Positions 26,155 to 38,489 of a stretch of DNA of 64,000 nucleotides are shown here, one piece after another. The DNA comes from Rhynchobatus australiae (lineage: Eukaryota). The notes below the pieces were generated by a model. The model saw only the letters and a program-made list of their open reading frames with translations, searched no databases and was not told the DNA's origin. How positions within the stretch are numbered: the first letter of the stretch is position 1; the number at the start of each line of letters is the position of its first letter. Both the position numbers and the translations under genes were made by a program. The DNA lies in assembly GCA_034780895.1 (NCBI GenBank), contig JAUZTB010000098.1:84719738-84783737 (forward strand). Direction: 5' to 3'.

Positions 26155-27385
26155 GGACACAGAGAGATCCAAGGAAGAGCATCTGAGGAACCAGTCAAAC
26201 ACTGACCAGTCAAGCAGCACCAATGGATTTATGTACAGCAACTGCAGTGATATATCTTTGCAATTAAAACAACTGTATGACGAGGCCCCAACAAAAGAAG
26301 GAAGAGAAGAGAAATATGAGCCTGTTAGAAATGATGGTGGTGTCAACCTGAACGAGCCCCTCAATTTTAGCACATCATTTCCCAGACCTGCAAAAGTTTC
26401 CATTGCAGATGACTTATGGGTATCAGAGTACAGCAGAGGCCCATCGAATCCACAGCCCCTGAGGCCACTGGGCAGAACGAATAATGATCCTGCTCGAGTG
26501 GCTAAAGGCTTCTGTGGCAGAAGTAGACTGCTATCTGAGCCGCAGCTCAGGGATAACACACAGACCTCCAGCTTTCAAAACATAGTCCAGAACTTCCGGG
26601 CTGTCGGAGAAAAAGTGCAGCAAAGCCAACTGTTCAACCTGCACTCTAGCAACCTGGAGAGCTACCCAGCTGAAAGCTGCAAATCGGAAGGTGTTACGGC
26701 AATGTGCAATCCCATTAGTCAAAGGTCAAGGGATCTTCCCGCGGAGTACTGTAACAGCGCAGACATGTTCCAGGGGGTGCAAATCAAAAGCGAGTACAAT
26801 GTGGAACTGCACAATGGGCTAGGTGGGCCCTTGGAATCTCCGAGTCATCTCTGGGTTGACAGCGAAATGGGAAAAAAGATGGTGGCAAGCTTTCCAGGAC
26901 AGCAGCAATTAAAGTGCGATCCCAATACACTGGAGCAGGTGTCACCCTGTGAGAAACTGAAGGCTCTCCTGCCAACTCCATTCTGTGGAGCCAGCACAGC
27001 TAAGGGCAATGGCGTGTGGATGGTGGGCAGTGCTTGCAACCACAGTAGGCCTTCAAAGCAAGGAATGGACATGGCTCACTTCAATTCACAGAGAGCCACC
27101 CATTCCCATTGCTCTCACAGTGATCAACCCACAGGCTGTTTGCAAGCACATGCCTTTCCCCGCCATACTATCCAGGATAAGTGTCCAGGTCAGGTGGAAT
27201 ATAAAGTACCTCTGCAGTTCAAAGGTCATGATCTAGTCCATACAGTCATCAAACGAGAGCCCTCACCCTCTCCTCCTTGGTCTTGTGATAATCTGCACAA
27301 CATACAGGCAGGCTTACAGAAAAATATGCCCAGTTGTTTGATCAATTCATTGACTCATAAGATTACACAAAATGCATATTTGTAA
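26155..27385 (+). CDS. AHRR: AHRR terminal coding exon (C-terminal repression region), ending ...KITQNAYL*
   Basis: Acceptor tttcccacag in frame with the 416-aa ORF 26135..27385. Contains IKSE, LKCDP and IKREPSPSPPW, which correspond to AHRR SUMO motifs. No Q-rich transactivation domain. The seven exons sum to 2037 nt (679 codons including stop). Confidence 0.92.
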
Positions 27386-29140
27386 TTTTTTTGAAAACAG
27401 AAGAAACCATTGTGCATTTTTTTAAAGTGCTGGGTTTAAAGATTGTTGTCCTAAAGTCTGATATGTCACTCCATCGTTGAATTTTCAAATTTATCAGAGA
27501 ATTTTATTATGAATTGCTTAAGACAATATTGCATGTGGAAGTTTGATCTTGCAGCACATGGGAAACATTGAAATATTCAGCTTTTTTAAAGTCAGTTTTC
27601 TTCAAGGAAGATGCTTTCAGAACAACAAGAACTTGCCTTAAATTGAAAGGAATCACAGAAACATTATCAAACAAAATTTGACATTGAACCACATATTAGA
27701 GTAGCATGACCAATGCTTTGAAAGTGTCTTAAGGAAGAAGAGGGAGAGCGGGGCAGAAAAAAATTAGGAAGGGAATTCCGGAGCTTTGGACCTGGACCTC
27801 CGAAGATACAGCCTCCAGTGAAAATAGAATGGAACCCAGTCTGATCAAGAAATGCATTATGTTCAAGTGGTCCAGAGCAAGTGGGTTTTATTCTCTTCCA
27901 CTGAGTTCCTGCTCTTGTCCTAAAGACAGGAGCTCAGTGCTCTACTGATGATATCTTGTTCCAAAATCGATACTTCATCGTTTAAGTCTGTCATGCTGAA
28001 CCAGTGTTAAATTTTTATAATCATACCTGATTTAGTTCAACCATGAACATAAATATCCAGCACAGGATAACTAAACTGCAGTCAGAAGAGAGTGGCCAGA
28101 CTTCATTCTAGTATGACAAAACTATAATTCTCTCTGTACTGCTCCATAAATCCAGCACAGATCAGGAATTGTACCTTGGACCTACTTGACTCAGTATCAT
28201 ACCTGGTGTTTGGGTTTGTCTTCTATTTAACATTAAATTGGTTGCATTGTTATAATGTACAAGTGGCTCAGCGTGCACAATGTGCAGAAAGCTTTCCGTT
28301 CTTTCAAATGGAATGAAAGAAATTAGTTACCTTGCCTTGGGATAATTTTCTCCATTAAAAGGTACTAACCAAATACAAGTTCTTGCTATGATCATTACAT
28401 AGAACAACAGAGATTGAGGATGAGTTGCAGACATGTATTGGATTTATATTGTCTTTGGACTTATGTGCAGTATCACAATGTCCATCTGTAATAATCACAG
28501 TATAGAGATAGAGTAATTTTATTACTGGAGTAGTAATTCAAGTGCATGAATTCAAATTACCAGATAGAGTGATCATAAAATGGTCATATTGTCATGGAAA
28601 CTCATCTGGTTCGCTAATGAATTTCAGAGGAAAAGACCTACTGTCCTTCCCTGTTCTGATCTATATGTGTTACTCTTAATTCCACTCTGAGAGTGGCTTC
28701 ACAAACCGTTAGGTTATTCACCACCTCTCAAAGCATCCAGGATAGCCCATAAATGGCACCCTTATCAGTGGCATCCAAATACCATGTATACCTGCAACAT
28801 AACTCTTTTTCTATGTAACAATTTCAGCAACAATTTGCATTTAAGTAGCACTTTACATTCCACTGGCAAGACAATGTAAATTTTTCTTTGAAAGCACCAT
28901 TGGTCAAGAGAAGTAAAATTTATCATGAGAAAATAATTCTATCAAATTATTTAACACCAGCGTAAAATAGAAGGACCATATTTTATCAACTGATTAGTAT
29001 CTTAATACCATTTTCCAAATATATAACACACATATAAGAATGTCAGTATTATTTTTAACAATAAATATTGAGGCAACATTGAGGTCAGGGTTTTGTTTTT
29101 AAGTAACATTTTCTCCATTGAATCGCAGCATTATTAAAAA

Positions 29141-29440
29141 CATGATGATGCTGGAGGAACTCAGCAGGCCAGGCAGCATCCGTGGAGAAAAGCAGGAGGT
29201 CAACATTTCNNNNNNNNNNNNNNNNNNNNNNNNNNNNNNNNNNNNNNNNNNNNNNNNNNNNNNNNNNNNNNNNNNNNNNNNNNNNNNNNNNNNNNNNNNN
29301 NNNNNNNNNNNNNNAAGGGTCCTGACCCGAAATGTTGACCGCCTGCTTTTCTCCACGGATGCTGCCCGGCCTGCTGAGTTCCTCCAGCATCATAGTGTTT
29401 TTCATCTAGGTATTCCAGCATCTGCAGTCCTTTGTTTCTC
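29141..29440. repeat. Inverted pair of the same Penelope-derived repeat, with an assembly gap in the middle
   Basis: Left arm about 29145-29209 is the near-perfect reverse complement of about 29329-29393. Confidence 0.85.
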
Positions 29441-32400
29441 CGGCAGCAAGATTAATTAGATTTCATAAAGAGTAAAATGGTACATTTTTTTTATCCACTA
29501 TGGCCACCGCACTGTGGTATTTCAATCCAGTTTCCCCACAAAGGTTAACATAGGCTCTGGTTTTGCAGCTGTAACATCTGTAAAATTATTGGTGTTTGTT
29601 GCAGTTATACCTTGAAATTAATCATATGGGTTTCCATACATGTGCTTCTTAACATGGGAATCCTGAAATTAATGTCCATAATTCAGCCTTTCTCCACAGG
29701 CTGGAGCTTTGAGCAGCTTTTGCAAATGGAATCCAAAGGAAATTATTGAATTGGCAAGAAATTCAGATCGTTGTAAACTAGTTTCGGTATGAGTACTAAG
29801 GCTTATGTAAACAGGGATGAGGCTGAGGATCAGCCATCATTTTATTAAATGGAGGAACAGGCTTAATACCCCACTCCAGCTTCTGTCACTAACATTGTTA
29901 TATTTTTAAACATTACACTTTCTTGCATTACATCTAAATGAGCATTTAATAGCATTCTAAATGATAACTACTACTCACCCAGTTCTTTGGCCAAAAACAA
30001 AACACATTTTATGGATGTGGATTGTAATTTCCTCAGGAAAAAAAATCAAAATATGGTGAATTTAGGTTAAATTAGTTTTGAATATTTAATTTATTATATT
30101 TTAGCTTTTACTTTATCATATGTGTACATTCCAATCTTTATTTTGCACTCTGCTAAATGTTTAAAATAGTAGCTTAAAAATGAGTTGTTTTCTTCCCAGT
30201 TTGGTGTTTCTGATAATTCAGGAACTGCCAGTTTGAGTTTGTGTCTGATAGCAACTGATGTTTGTTAAGAGTGTTTCCATGCCTTAAAGATCATTAGATC
30301 TTTGCCGAGTTCAGTGGCATATTCCATTACTTCATTGCTAACTGCAGAATTTGGGCCATAATTTTCCTCATTTATATTTTCAGTACCTTCTGTTTGTTTC
30401 TTGGACATTGATTTTTTTCATGAATTTTCCATCACAGTGCAAAAAGGATTCACTTTTATTCCATCTACAACATCTAGTATTAAAATAAAATGTTGAGAAT
30501 AATCTTTGATTCAGGAATGTTTACTGACTGCTGAAATATGCTATCAATTTTGCTGCTCATTTCTTGTAACTAAGTGTAAACAGCAATAATGTATAGNNNA
30601 AGCAATTATTTATGTAACAACATCATTTAGTCTCAAAACTTATGTAAGATCCTTAATACTGTGCTTTTGTTTGCTTTATGTAGATGAAAAAATAGTAGTG
30701 TTGGGTTGATTTCATTGAAACAAGCACTTGCAGGTCAAGTTCAGGTTGTTACATGGTCACTGTTTCAATAATGTGCCTTAAAAGAAACTTCATAAAAATA
30801 CTTACTGCTGTGGGAAAGAGATGTTTGGCAGGTCATAAACTATGACGATTAAACTTCTATTCCATGCCATTTCCCCTCTTTCCTTTTACAGAGTGCAGTA
30901 TTTTTGTGCTAAGATGCACCATCCGCTATTATTTTAGAGACTATTGAAGTGGATGTATCAGATCCATTGCAAGCTTTTTAATCATATTTTATGTTCAGCT
31001 CCTGGTTGAAATAGAGTTCTACACACTGAGTTGAGATGAAGGGCAGTTTCCAGGTGTGTCAGGGACAATATAAGAAAGTTATGTCATGTCTTCTGTTGTT
31101 GTGACATTTCTATTATGGATTGGTATGCCTGCATCTTTTAATGGAAATAGTCTGTGTTAAATCAAGGCCTCTGCGCACTTGGATGAAAATAAAAGGTCCT
31201 GCAAAATTATTTCAAAGAATATCAGGGAAATTCATCCCTGGTGCCCTGGCTCAGGCATCATTGATAAAACAGTTGATCTCATTATTTTCACATTGTAAGC
31301 TGTGAGAGCTTGCCATGTGGAGATTACCACATATCTTACATTAGAACAGTGACAAAAATACTCTTGGAACTCCCTAAGACAGTGAAAGAAGTGCAAATGT
31401 ATTTCTTCCTTTCCCTGTGTAAACTTATAATGTTCTATACCCTCTCACTTTTTGTAACTCTTCAGTTCCTATTATAAATGTGGTTATAAAGAATTTATAA
31501 AGGTGACAGGACACTTGTGCAAATAAAATACTTCTAGTTTTGAATTTTAAAGATACATACAACCACTGTTTTTCAGAAGCTTGTGGAGACAGTTTCCACT
31601 GAAAATAATATTTCAAAACATCAATGCAAAATAGTTTACAATATGAGCTTCATTATTTCCTTATTTAGAATTAAGAAAAGAATATTTGCCTTAATATTTT
31701 TTACAGATAACATGAATTTAACAAGAAAAACACATAGAACATTCAAGTTTTTCAATAAACAAATATCCTTTAGAATCTTCCGGAGTGAAGGATTTTCATG
31801 TTTTTGCCATTTTGCTGTGTATTAATTATTATTTTATAGCTACAAAATATTGAAAATTGTAGTTTATAAAAACTACCTGGAATAAAAAACATTGTACATA
31901 TTTTATCAAAACCTTTGTAATCGCTTCTATCAATGCAACTAACACATGCTTGTACACAACAAAAAAATAGTTAAAATTACACAAAAAATGATGAGGGTGT
32001 ACTTGAAAAGAATGCACTTCGGTTATATATTTTAAATGAGAAACAATGGAAATGTGCGATTTTCTTCACCCAAAAGAGTAGAGGATAGAGGGAGTATTTA
32101 AGAAAAGTCAATGAATTGTGTTTGGGAAAGGGTATCCAAGGATCTGAAATAAAGGCAGGTAATTGGAGATGAGTGTGGATCAGCCACGATTTAATTCAAT
32201 GGCAGGTGAATGGATTTTCCCAGATTACATGGAGCTCAAATTATGGCTCTGTCAAAAGACAATGAGTTAAGATCTCGTTTAGAGATAAGAAAGCAGGATC
32301 TATCAAAATGAAGTCCAAGTTTACTACTCAGGACAGGAAGAATCCCACGTCATAATCTATTTCTGCAATACAAACATTTGATAACAGTGTTTTTAGAACA

Positions 32401-35400
32401 CCTGTGAGATTGATTTTAACATTAAACTGGCAGAGTGCCGCTACTTTGCCCACTCTCCAGGAGGTGGGGACAGATGGAGTGAGGCACTGGCCTGATTCAC
32501 ATGGTATCAGCAAACTGCTTCCTGCAAGTGGCACATCTATTTAAATAATTCCTTTATTCTGTTGCCTACTCAAGTGTTTTAATTGCATTTAATTTTTTGT
32601 AATTGCAGCCTGACCCATTAAAGGGAAATACTCCATTCAGGAAGCTCCTTGACTTAATTGTGAATTAACTCATTATTCTAATTTGTATAATTAGCTAGAC
32701 TTTACTTGACCTGTTTAGCTTCTTTTGATTTGGTCTGCATCCTGGCCAATGTGTAATAGTTTGAACTGCTACATTGTCAGTTCAAATCAAATGAAACATT
32801 CCAAGTGTAACATATGATCCAATTGTCCAGGATATATTCTTGTGCATTTTTGCAACTGATGAAGAGTCTCAAAAACATGTATGATATTCGTAATAAACTT
32901 AACAAAATAGTGTTCATCTAATTTATGTTAACTACCAGTTCAAAGTGTTGGATAGTTTTGTTTACTTTGGTATAGTTTTGGTTACAGCATTGGAATCATC
33001 CAGTTTAAAGGTGAAAAAAGTCAGAGCTCTGTCAGGGCAGACAAGTTATTATTTTACTGAGGCAATTGTAAAAAAAAATCATTATTTAAATTACATATCT
33101 TCAAAAACCATGAAGCCACATAAACTCAGAGATACTCACTTGTCAATGCCCGGACATGAACCGTTCACACCTGTGGAAAGGTAGCTGGAGATAACAGGCA
33201 GCTGTGAAAGTGTGCCAATGTCATTAAACAACTGTGAGAGAAGCAAAAGGGGCCAGATAAAGAGAAAGTGTTGGGCTTGATGCCAAATAGTCAAAGAATT
33301 TGATTTACATAGTAACTTTCATGACTTCAGGCTATCACCTGTCAAAGCTTCCATTAAGACATTATAAGAAAACACTTGGCAGGATAGCTTGGGATTTACC
33401 TCTCCCCAAGGGTGTGAGGAGTCAGACGATGATTTCCTCTCTTCCCTTCCATTGAAATTTAACATTGTGGAACTTTAATATTAAACATCAATATTAAATT
33501 TAAACTTTAATATTAAACTTTAATATTTAACTTAAATTTAATATGGTGGAACTGCTGGCCAGGTAGCATTGCATCCCAAGTTTCCAGTTGGCAGCCGGAT
33601 CAGTTTACTGTCTGCCGAATAGATTCTAGTAACCATGTTCTCTATTTCCAACCCCGCTTCATTCTCTCTATTTTCCAGGTTGTTTCTGTCGCATGGATTT
33701 TTATTTCTCCTGATAAGCCCCTTGCTTACACAAATAGTCCCCAGCTATTATGAAGTGTTGACAAACAGTTGACAGGTTTCAGTGAACGTTGTTCTTGGTT
33801 TGATTGCTGACATGTGTCGGAAACTGGGTATTGGTCGCCCAGTTTCCAAAGCTATGAGGAGGAGGCCTGGGTTCCATCAAGCACAAGAACTCAACAACGT
33901 GACTGAGATCAAAACATCACCATGCATGGAATGCTCAGAATAAACCGCAAAATTAGCTGTGCATTCCTATCTGCATTCTTGGGTTGCACACATACCTGGA
34001 ACAGATGACACATACTGCCTATTGACAGTTCACTGAAAAGGTAACGCTGCAAATGAATGGTTTGCTAGATTGCTCCAGAGGGTAGGTAGCAGGCAACTGA
34101 GGAAAGGCAGGGGGCTGATAGCCATAAGTCCTCCCAAGTTTCCAAACTCACCCATGCTAGTTCAGAAAGACTGTGGAAAAATTGCTGCCTCCCATCAGTC
34201 GAGGCTGGGTAAGAAAGCTGGCAAACCCAAAACCCCACCTGCCTCAATGGTAAGTGATGCCTTGACATTGCTCGAAGTCTGAGCCATGATCATAGGTGAT
34301 ATTGTGCATAGCCATGAGATATCCCTCAGAATAGAAAAGTAGAGTACTATTTAATTGGTGTGAAAGTATTAACTGCTTTTGCTCAAAGGGACCTGGGGTT
34401 GTCATAAAAGAAACTAAAAGTTAGCACATTGGTGCACTAAGTAATCGGAAGCCAAATGGAATGTTGGTCTTCACTGAAAGGGGATGGAGTATTAGAGTAA
34501 GGATGTCTTGTAGTAACTGTAACTATGAAACCACACCCGGGTAGCCCTGCACAGTTACTGTCTCCTCAATGCAGTGAAGAATCAACTAATAAATTCTTTA
34601 GGTAAAGGGTCTGTCCCATGATTCAGCACAGCAGACTCTGGGGTCTCTGGTTAACTTAATGAGAGGTGATCTCATTAAAGCAGTGGAGATACTGTGAGGA
34701 TGTCTCCCCCTGATGGATGAGTCTGGAAATAAGAAGTCTTAGGATGAGGAAGACTTCCTTAATCTTTGGAAGGCTGCACCAAAGAGAGCTGCAAATGGTG
34801 AGTCATTAAGGATATTCAAGGCCAAGGCAGATAAATTCTTCAATAACAGTGTTCATTCATTTGAAAGTCAAAAGATTTTGGGTTTGAGATCTAGTCCATA
34901 CGCTTAAGAACAAATAAATTCAGACTGACACTCCAGTTCGGTACTGAGAGAGCACTACCACATAATTCTCCCATGGGGTAGACTAATCAATCCTCTGCAT
35001 GAACCATTAAGATCTTCCAAACAAAGCACTGACTATTTAATGTAATTCCCCATACAGTCCACAAATTACTACAAGAATCTTCCTTAAGTAAGCAACAGGC
35101 AGCATAGATATACTTTAAGCAGGAAGTGCTGGAATCACTCAGCATTTCAGGCAGCAGTAGTGGAGAGAGAAACAAAGTTGATGTTTCAGGCTAATAACCC
35201 TCTATGAGGAGTGGAATAGTGACAAATTAAGTGTGTTTTAAGTTGCAGAGGGAGGGAGGGATGTAGAGAATAAAGGAAAGGTCTGTGACGGGGTAGAGAT
35301 TGAGGTCTGTCTTTTGATTCTTCAGAATTCTGACTTATATTAGGGCGGCACAATNNNNNNNNNNNNNNNNNNNNNNNNNNNNNNNNNNNNNNNNNNNNNN

Positions 35401-36464
35401 NNNNNNNNNNNNNNNNNNNNNNNNNNNNNNNNNNNNNNNNNNNNNNNNNNNNNNGTGGTTGCAGTCATAATGACATACACTTCCTGTCTACCAGGATAAT
35501 TAGCACCTGAAAAACAGTCACTTTGCAGTCAAATTTCTAGGTAAATACCACTGGGATGTTTGATGAAGTGTTGAATCTTTGTAAACTGCTGTTAAAGTCG
35601 TGGAATCTTTTGTGAACTAAAGCTCTGAGTGGTTTTAGGGCACAGGTCTGTTTAAAAACTATGCATCGTTACCATGGGAATCTTCTTAACACTCCATTAA
35701 CTGTGGGTCTTTATAATATGTAACCTATTACCACAGTGTGTAATTCAAGCAAATAGCACAGAAGGATGCCTTTGAAAGGAGGTTGGATAAAAATGTGAAG
35801 GATAGAGGAACAGACAGATATGTTGATAAAGTGAACTGAGAAGATCTATTTAAACCATAAACATGTGCCTGGTCCAGTTTGATCACTGATTTGGTTCTGG
35901 GGTTTAAATTCTGTGTAAGCACAGTAGCGCTTAAAGTAAATTAGAACACAAAAACGTTAATGCAAAGGTATTTATTTCCCAGACAATACCTTCACATTTC
36001 CCTCAAAATGCACCAACTGTTTTATCCCTTTGACATTTAGATTTCCCTCTACATATTTTCATGTTACTAATTTGTAGGCAGTCCCTCAGAATCGAGAACT
36101 TGTTTCCACTGTAGTTCTGTCGGTTCTAAGGTAGCCGACGGGACCAATGTAAGAGCAGCAGATTGGGACAGAGGGGAGGTGGGTATTCAGTGGCATTCGA
36201 AGGGCTTCTTCTCCACGTTGAACCATCACCTCACATGGATCCCCAGGAGTCAGTGGGGATGTTGCACTATTTTCGAAGAAGCTTTGAGAAAAGTCTTGAA
36301 TCCTTTCATTTGCCCAACCGGTAACCTCTTCTGACAAGAGAGCTTGAAATAGGGAAACAGTTGTTCGGCAATGCAAACGACGTGACCTACTCAGGCCAGG
36401 AACCCATGGAGCCTCAATGCTAGGCGTGTTGACCTGGGAGAGGCGCAGACATTGATTAGGAGAT

Positions 36465-36591
36465 GCAAGAGACTGCAGATGCTGGAATCTGGAGCAACAC
36501 AGAAGGTGCTGGAGGAACTCAGCGGGTCAGGCAGCATCCGTGGAAGGAAATGGACAGTCGACGTTTCGGGCCCAGACCCTTCCTCTAGACT
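36465..36591. repeat. Penelope-terminal-repeat-like short element carrying a degenerate minimal hammerhead motif on the - strand
   Basis: gactgcagatgctggaatctggagcaac...gtgctggaggaactcagcgggtcaggcagcatc...gtcgacgtttcgggcccagacccttc. The same family occurs at about 9230-9410, 11692-11785, 16680-16765, 22575-22645, 29141-29440, 35115-35210 and 45010-45080. Confidence 0.7.
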
Positions 36592-36699
36592 CACTGATTT
36601 GCTTGTCCTACAGTGGAGGATCCTGCAGAGACTGCACGAGTGGGATCTCTTCGGTGCATTGCGGCTGCTCGAAGCTGAGCAGCTCTAAGACATCACATA

Positions 36700-37200
36700 A
36701 GGTGAATTGTTGGCGCAGAGACATTACTTCGTCCTACGAGGCCCGGAAATGATTGCAAGGGGCGGGCGTTATCGCCGAGCGTTCTGGGACTTGCAGTTCA
36801 GCGGTGCGAACTACACTGCCCGGCAGGCTCAGCAACTTCCGGAAGGGCAGGTGTCGGTCGGTCGGTCGGTTGGCGTGGCGGGGGTCCGCGCGCGGTCCCG
36901 GTCAGTGAACGTTCCATTCCGTTATTGTTTCCCGCCGCGCGCGGTCACGCGCAGCGCCCGGTGTCCTGCAGCTCCGGCCGGGCGAGCGGCTCCGGGACTG
37001 GGGGCTGGAACCTGCGGCCTGGCCGTGCCGCTCGGGAAGGCACGGCCAGGGAGACCGAGGAGACCCTCCGCAGGGACGGGCAGTCGGTGTCACGGCAGCC
37101 TCGGGCTCTGGTGGGAGGACAGCCCCGCGGTTTGACAGCAGAGTCCTGCCGGTCGGCAGTTAGTTTCGGTGTCGTCTCTGGCTACATCTGCTGCCTGCAG
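36700..37200. promoter_or_regulatory. CpG-island housekeeping promoter of EXOC3
   Basis: The only strongly CpG-rich non-repeat stretch in the window. Contains ETS site CCGGAAAT 36743-36750, GC-box GGGGCGGG 36759-36766, two oppositely oriented ZNF143/THAP11-type ACTACAnnTCCCA-like motifs (36782-36799 on -, 36808-36828 on +) and an overlapping ETS palindrome ACTTCCGGAAG 36835-36845. Confidence 0.85.
36850..36900 (+). other. EXOC3: Putative non-coding first exon of EXOC3
   Basis: Lies just downstream of the promoter motifs, with a donor-like CCG|gtcagt at 36900/36901. The TSS position is inferred, not observed. Confidence 0.5.
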
Positions 37201-38489
37201 TTGAAGGCTCTCGGAGCCTATGTTGTTGCTGTGCATTGTTGCAGTCTCACAACCTTCAGTACTCAGCAGTGTGTATCAATGCAGCCTTTGGCACTGGGGT
37301 GGATTACAGTTCCAATGATAACCGCTGCATGCCATTGCAGTTTTGGTGTCTGACGCTGTTTTATCATCGCTATTCCACATTATCAGAATTTTGCGCATCC
37401 TTGTCAAGTATTACTATGCGGGACTCATGATGTATAGTATCCACAGTTGTGTTAGAATGCTACATGTTGTTTTGGTATTGGGATGTTATGCTCCCCATTG
37501 CAGTGCATTGTATTTTTGTACACTTTGTCCTTGTTATTTGCATGGGATAGGAACACAGACCTCCAGTGGTTACCACTCAGGACTTGACTTGTGTGTGGAA
37601 GTATTAACGTGACCTCTCCACATTCCTAAATCATAGTTCTGTAAACTATAAGATTACTGTGATGGGAGGGAGGGGTCTTGCTGAAATTCTCCTTTGTTTC
37701 CATAGCAATCTTCATCTTAATGACATCTGCATATTGGAGGCTTCTCAAATTCCACAGATCCAACTCATAACGGTTACACATTGTTGCTGCCCTTTAGTTT
37801 TTGAGGTTTGCAATTGCTTTGCCTGAAGCTGGCAAGAATGGGAGGATTTCCAGGCATTGCATGTGTCACTTGGAGCTCAGTGCTGCTTCTGCTCCATGTC
37901 ATTATGCCCTGATTAGGGAGAGGCTGGTTACACGGTCCTTTTCCTGGAAAGTCTCTGGCAGAAGTCCTCCAATTAAACAGATGCCATAGGGAGGACTCTG
38001 GATGATTACGCAGTGTTTACCGACACTCCCAATATTGCATGACTATGTGGATCCACGGAGTGCAGATCAACAAATAACAAGGACTGGGTTTATTGCTGTT
38101 TCATGAGGGATACTGTATCATCAGAATGGAGAAGGCATTCTTAAAAGGTATTTTGGAAACTTAATGCCATCTGACCAGGTAGACATGGCCGTGGTTTAAT
38201 ATCTGTCTCGGAATGTCTCGCCTCCAGAAATACACTCCCTAAGGGGGAAATTCAAATGTCAGGCACGTTTATCTGTTCAAGCTCTACATCAGGGATTGAA
38301 CTTATGACTTTCAGAACTGAAAATATTATCACCGAACCAAGCTTGTTCTTGGTTATAATATCCTGAACTATGCTACCCTTAACTTACCCTGCAGTATTCT
38401 ATTTACATTTTCTTATTCTAATTGCTTGACGATGGTCAGACATTTAAAAAGTGTAGAGCAGCTGGTTCTTGGAGTGTATGATCACTGTT

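Noticed and set aside
26098-26559. 153-aa - strand ORF
   Set aside because: Antisense shadow of the AHRR terminal exon.
4227-27385. Alternative call as AHR (AHR1/2/3) because PAS-B is present
   Set aside because: PAS-A signature residues, C-terminal SUMO motifs, lack of a Q-rich domain and EXOC3 adjacency all favour AHRR. A phylogeny would settle it.
36086-36376. 96-aa - strand ORF near the promoter, at a C5orf55-like position
   Set aside because: Starts at TTG, has no recognisable domain, and nothing supports coding.
36707-37353. 142-aa ORFs over the CpG island
   Set aside because: GC-rich, stop-poor sequence with Arg/Ala/Gly/Pro bias; explained by the promoter.
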